26,984 nucleotides of DNA from a bacterium (lineage in GTDB: Bacteria; Desulfobacterota; DSWW01). Shown in pieces: positions 23,099 through 26,984 of this stretch. The notes under the pieces are model-generated. The model searched no databases and was not told where the DNA came from. It saw nothing but the letters and a program-made list of their open reading frames with translations. The stretch is from assembly GCA_040756235.1 (NCBI GenBank), contig JBFLZG010000071.1, positions 1 to 26,984 on the forward strand, read 5' to 3'. The position numbers and the translations under genes are program-made. The number at the start of each line of letters is the position of its first letter. Within the stretch, counting starts at the first letter, position 1.

Positions 23099-24376
23099 AT
23101 GGAGCTCAAGCCAAGAAGTCATCAGAAGATCGCGGATCTGATTGCCAAGGGCGTGGACATCCCCAACCCGCTGACGCTCGACATCGGCGACGAAGTCCGG
23201 GTGGAGAACATCTCCGGCAGCGGCGTCAAGATCTTCCCCGGATGCCGCATCTACGGCCAGGCAACCGTGATTGCGGGCGGCGCCGTGCTGGGGGCGGAAG
23301 CCCCGGTCACGATCGACAACTGCCAGCTCGGCTCCCGGGTCGAGCTCAAGGGCGGCTATTTCAAAGGGTCCGTGTTTCTGGAAAGAGCCAACATGGGCCT
23401 GGGGGCGCACGTGCGCGAGGCGTGCCTCCTCGAGGAAGAAGCCAACGGCGCACACTGCGTCGGCTTGAAACAGACCATCCTCTTTCCGTTCGTCACGCTG
23501 GGCAGTCTGATCAACTTCTGCGACTGCCTGATGGCGGGAGGCACGAGCCGCAAGGACCACAGCGAGGTCGGCAGCTCCTACATTCACTTCAACTTCACGC
23601 CGGACGGGGACAAGACGACTCCTTCCCTGATCGGCGACGTCCCCCGAGGGGTCATGCTGAACCAGCGCCCGATCTTTCTCGGGGGCCAGGGCGGCATGGT
23701 GGGGCCTCTCCGGCTGGGCTACGGGAACGTCTCGGTTGCCGGCACGGTGCTGCGCAAAGACGTGCTCGAGGACGGCCGGATGGTCGTGGGCAAGACGTAC
23801 CCGCAAACGGCCACCGTGCTGAAGCTTCGCACTTACCCGAATCTTGCCCGCATCCTGAGGAACAACATCGTCTTCCTGGCCAACCTGGTGGCGCTCGAGC
23901 GCTGGTACCGGGAGGTGCGCCGGCCGTTCTTCGACAATCTGGAGTTCGGCAAGCTCCTCTACGAAGGCGCCGTCGGCGTGCTCAAGCTCGCCAGGAAGGA
24001 GCGCGCCAGCAGGCTGCGGAGCATGGTGGAGAAGGTCGCGCTCACACACGGGGCATGCCGCTGCCGGGAGGCCGGCGGTGCCGGGGATGCGAAGGCCGGA
24101 TGTGAGCTTCACGGCAACATGGGGGCCGTCTCCGGGCTCTTCGAGCAAGAGCTGTCGGACTCCAGGGAAGCCGAGCTGCGCGAGCGCTTTCTCGGCGCCT
24201 TCGAAAAGGTTCGTCAGGGCAGAGACGGGAGCTACGTCGAACAGATCCAGAAGATGCCTTCCTCCCTTGCGCGGGACGGCGTCGCCTGGCTGCAGCGCAT
24301 CGTGGACGCGTTGTGCGAGCGGGCCGGGGCCCTTCTTTCGTCGTTCGAGCTGTTCGAAAACAGCCGTTCCATGTAA
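23099..24376 (+). CDS. GlmU-like left-handed beta-helix (acyltransferase-type) protein lacking the uridyltransferase domain
   Basis: GAGGAG RBS; LIAKGVDIPNP, hexapeptide repeats, GAHVREACLLEE, GPLRLGYGNVSVAGTVLRKDV align with the GlmU C-terminal half; helical C-terminal domain. Confidence 0.75.
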   Translation: MELKPRSHQKIADLIAKGVDIPNPLTLDIGDEVRVENISGSGVKIFPGCRIYGQATVIAGGAVLGAEAPVTIDNCQLGSRVELKGGYFKGSVFLERANMGLGAHVREACLLEEEANGAHCVGLKQTILFPFVTLGSLINFCDCLMAGGTSRKDHSEVGSSYIHFNFTPDGDKTTPSLIGDVPRGVMLNQRPIFLGGQGGMVGPLRLGYGNVSVAGTVLRKDVLEDGRMVVGKTYPQTATVLKLRTYPNLARILRNNIVFLANLVALERWYREVRRPFFDNLEFGKLLYEGAVGVLKLARKERASRLRSMVEKVALTHGACRCREAGGAGDAKAGCELHGNMGAVSGLFEQELSDSREAELRERFLGAFEKVRQGRDGSYVEQIQKMPSSLARDGVAWLQRIVDALCERAGALLSSFELFENSRSM

Positions 24377-24398
24377 CGCTGACAAGCGAGGAGGACAA

Positions 24399-25748
24399 AT
24401 GGGCAAGCTATTCGGTACGGATGGAATCCGAGGCGTAGCGAACCGATCTCCGATGGACGCCATGATGGCTTTCTCCGTCGGACAGGCCGTCACCCACCTG
24501 CTGAAGAAAGAGGGCCGGAGGGCGCGGATCATCATCGGCAAGGACACCCGGATCTCCGGCTACATGCTGGAGAGCGCGCTGGAGTCCGGCATCACGTCGA
24601 TGGGAGGCAGTCCCTACCTGGTCGGGGTGCTGCCGACCCCGGGGATCGCCTTCATCACGGAAAGCATGCGCGCCCATGCGGGGATCGTCATTTCCGCCTC
24701 TCACAATCCGTTCCAGGACAACGGCATCAAGATCTTCGGCGGAAACGGTTACAAGCTTTCCGACGAGCAGGAGGACGTGATCGAGAAGCTGATCCTGGAG
24801 GGAAAGCTCGCCGAAAAGGTCCCTCCCCCCCAGCAGATGGGTCAGGCCTTTCGCATCGACGACGTCCACGGCCGCTACATCGTCTTCCTCAAGAACACCT
24901 TCCCCCGGGACCTGTCCATGGAGGGGATGAAGATCGTCATGGACACGGCCAATGGAGCGACTTACCGGGTTGCGCCCGAGACGTTCACCGAGCTGGGCGC
25001 GCGCTTGGATGCGATCCACAACACCCCGAACGGCGTCAACATCAACGACCGTTGCGGGTCCCAGCACACGGAGGACCTCCGTAAGGCCGTCCTCGAGAAG
25101 GGGGCGGACGTGGGGCTCGCCTTCGACGGCGACGGCGACCGCCTGATCGCCGTGGACGAAAAGGGACGGGAGATGACCGGCGATCAGATCCTCGTCATCT
25201 GCGCGAGGATGCTCAAGGAGCAGGGCCGGCTCAAGAATGATCTTCTCGTGAGCACGATCATGAGCAATCTGGGTCTGATGGTGGCTTGCCGGAAATACGG
25301 CTTCCGGCACCACGCCGCCAAGGTCGGCGACCGCTACGTGCTCGAGGACATGCTGCGGCTGGGCGGCGTTCTCGGCGGGGAAGAGTCGGGGCACGTCATC
25401 TTCCTGGATCATCACACGACCGGAGACGGCATCCTGACCGCCATCCAGCTCATTGCCGCGATGCTGAGGGCCGGCAAGCCGCTTTCCGAGCTGGGGCGGT
25501 GGATGGACGTCTTCCCGCAGAAGCTGATCAACGTGGAGGTGAAGAGCAAGCCGGACATCTCGACCCTGCCGCGGGTGTCCGAGGCGATCCGGGATGCGGA
25601 GGCGGCCCTCAAGGACCAGGGCCGCGTGCTGGTCAGGTATTCCGGGACCCAGAACATGTGCCGGGTCATGGTGGAAGGCCCCACGGACGAGGAGACACAG
25701 AAGTACTGTTTGCTCGTCGCCGATGCCGTCAGGACGTCGATCGGGTAG
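24399..25748 (+). CDS. glmM: Phosphoglucosamine mutase
   Basis: LFGTDGIRG, GKDTRISGYMLE, GIVISASHNP (phospho-Ser), FDGDGDR, VGDRYV, GGEESGH, RYSGT; GGAGG RBS. Confidence 0.96.
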   Translation: MGKLFGTDGIRGVANRSPMDAMMAFSVGQAVTHLLKKEGRRARIIIGKDTRISGYMLESALESGITSMGGSPYLVGVLPTPGIAFITESMRAHAGIVISASHNPFQDNGIKIFGGNGYKLSDEQEDVIEKLILEGKLAEKVPPPQQMGQAFRIDDVHGRYIVFLKNTFPRDLSMEGMKIVMDTANGATYRVAPETFTELGARLDAIHNTPNGVNINDRCGSQHTEDLRKAVLEKGADVGLAFDGDGDRLIAVDEKGREMTGDQILVICARMLKEQGRLKNDLLVSTIMSNLGLMVACRKYGFRHHAAKVGDRYVLEDMLRLGGVLGGEESGHVIFLDHHTTGDGILTAIQLIAAMLRAGKPLSELGRWMDVFPQKLINVEVKSKPDISTLPRVSEAIRDAEAALKDQGRVLVRYSGTQNMCRVMVEGPTDEETQKYCLLVADAVRTSIG

Positions 25749-25805
25749 GGACCGGCCGGCCTTGGGCCTGGAACAAGAAGAAACATGGCTCCGGAGGCGT
25801 CAAGC

Positions 25806-26828
25806 ATGCCGCTCAAGATCAACGTTGCGAAAGACTGGGATCAGATGAGCCAGGTCGCTGCCGATCTGATCGCGCGCGACATCCGTGAGAAGCTGGGCCT
25901 CAAAGGCGACTACGTGCTCGGTCTGGCGACCGGGAGCTCTCCGACCGGTGTCTACAAGCACCTCGCCAAGGCGTTCAACGCGGGGTGCATCGAAGCGCGC
26001 CGGGTGCGGAGCTTCAACCTGGACGAGTACGTCGGTCTTCCGGGGGAGAACGCGCAGCAGCGCGCCCTGCACGCTGAATCCTATTCTTACTTCATGATCT
26101 CGGAATTCTTCGGTCTCCTCGAAAAGAAGTTCCGCGAGACTTGCGTGCCGTGGGGGACGCTGATCGAACAGGACCAGCTGATGAAAGCGCTCGAGGAGCG
26201 CAGAGGGGACTACGAGCTCCAGGGCACGGACAAGGGAAAGGCGGTCGTGATCCGGGCCGGAGCGGGCGGATACCTCGGCATGATCCGGGAGCGGATCCTG
26301 GACGCGTACTGGAGGAGGATCGAGGAGTGCGGCGGCATCGATCTTCAGGTCGTGGGGGTCGGCGGCCGGGGCCACGTGGCGTTCCACGAGAGCGGGATAC
26401 CGTTCGAGGGCAACCGGGTGATGCTCGTCAAGCTGGACGACAACACGGTCTCCAATGCGGTCGAGGACGGGCATTTTGCCAGCCGCCAGGAAAGCCCTCG
26501 GTACGCCGTTTCCATGGGGGCGGAGCAGGTGTACCGGGCGCGCACCGTCGTTCTGCTGGCCAGCGGCGCGCGCAAGACCGGGCCGGTCGGAGAGGCGATC
26601 CTCGGAGAGGTCACCGCGGATGTTCCGATCAGCTATGGTCAGCGATACGCTGCCCTCGGCGGGAACATGATCTACGTGATCGACGAGACCGCCGCAGCCG
26701 ACGTTCTGGCGCGGGCGGGCGAGGCCAGGGCCCGGGGATGCGAGATCGTCGACATGCGCGGGGAGCCGTTTGGCAGGGTCTCCGATCTTGCGTTCTCCAG
26801 GGACCCCAAGACGGGCCGCCTGGGCTAG
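25806..26828 (+). CDS. nagB: Glucosamine-6-phosphate deaminase/isomerase-like protein with internal insertion
   Basis: VLGLATGSSP, SFNLDEYVGL, GGIDLQVVGVGGRGHVAFHE, AVSMG, LLASGARK; GGAGG RBS before ATG 25806. Confidence 0.8.
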   Translation: MPLKINVAKDWDQMSQVAADLIARDIREKLGLKGDYVLGLATGSSPTGVYKHLAKAFNAGCIEARRVRSFNLDEYVGLPGENAQQRALHAESYSYFMISEFFGLLEKKFRETCVPWGTLIEQDQLMKALEERRGDYELQGTDKGKAVVIRAGAGGYLGMIRERILDAYWRRIEECGGIDLQVVGVGGRGHVAFHESGIPFEGNRVMLVKLDDNTVSNAVEDGHFASRQESPRYAVSMGAEQVYRARTVVLLASGARKTGPVGEAILGEVTADVPISYGQRYAALGGNMIYVIDETAAADVLARAGEARARGCEIVDMRGEPFGRVSDLAFSRDPKTGRLG

Positions 26829-26984
26829 GAGGCTGTCCATAAATGCCCATCTGCTGGGTTGCACTGGCGCGGCATAGAGGCGGGGGAGCCTGCCCCGGCG
26901 AAGGCCGGGGTCATTGCGGCGTACTGCCATGTACGCCTCATTCCTCAGGATTTCGTGCGCCTTGCATCTGGACATTTCTGAACA
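26829..26984 (+). repeat. Composite copy of the 127-bp structured repeat with an inserted hairpin module (truncated by window end)
   Basis: GAGGCTGTCCATAAATGCCCATCTGC... GGGGAGCCTGCCCCGGCGAAGGCCGGGG TCATTGCGGCGTAC...GCCTTGCATCTGGACATTTCTGAACA. Confidence 0.85.

Overview
GC-rich bacterial chromosomal window, probably from an anaerobe of the deltaproteobacterial/Desulfobacterota type (inferred from gene content and repeat families). It has three blocks. (1) A TetR-headed cluster (3345-13016) carries two heterodimers of the 2-hydroxyacyl-CoA dehydratase / class I benzoyl-CoA reductase family and a single ATP-dependent activator. It also carries a stand-alone protein resembling the acetyl-CoA synthase middle domain with a 4-Cys tail, an SCP2-like protein and a CooC-type ATPase, but no CODH/ACS catalytic gene. 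Both beta-type subunits have six Cys in a double-cubane-type pattern, so this looks more like an uncharacterised ATP-driven reductase than a plain dehydratase. A BadH-like SDR, an ACT protein, an AI-2E transporter and an acyl-CoA ligase subunit flank it. (2) An anaerobic class III ribonucleotide reductase (nrdD-nrdG) with tandem NrdR boxes; NrdD has a fused C-terminal glutaredoxin-like CxxC domain. (3) A yvcK/glmR - GlmU-like (beta-helix only) - glmM - nagB-like operon that could form a non-canonical route to UDP-GlcNAc. Intergenic regions are packed with at least three palindromic repeat families that show compensatory base changes and nest within each other. No tRNA, rRNA, CRISPR array or transposase was recognised.
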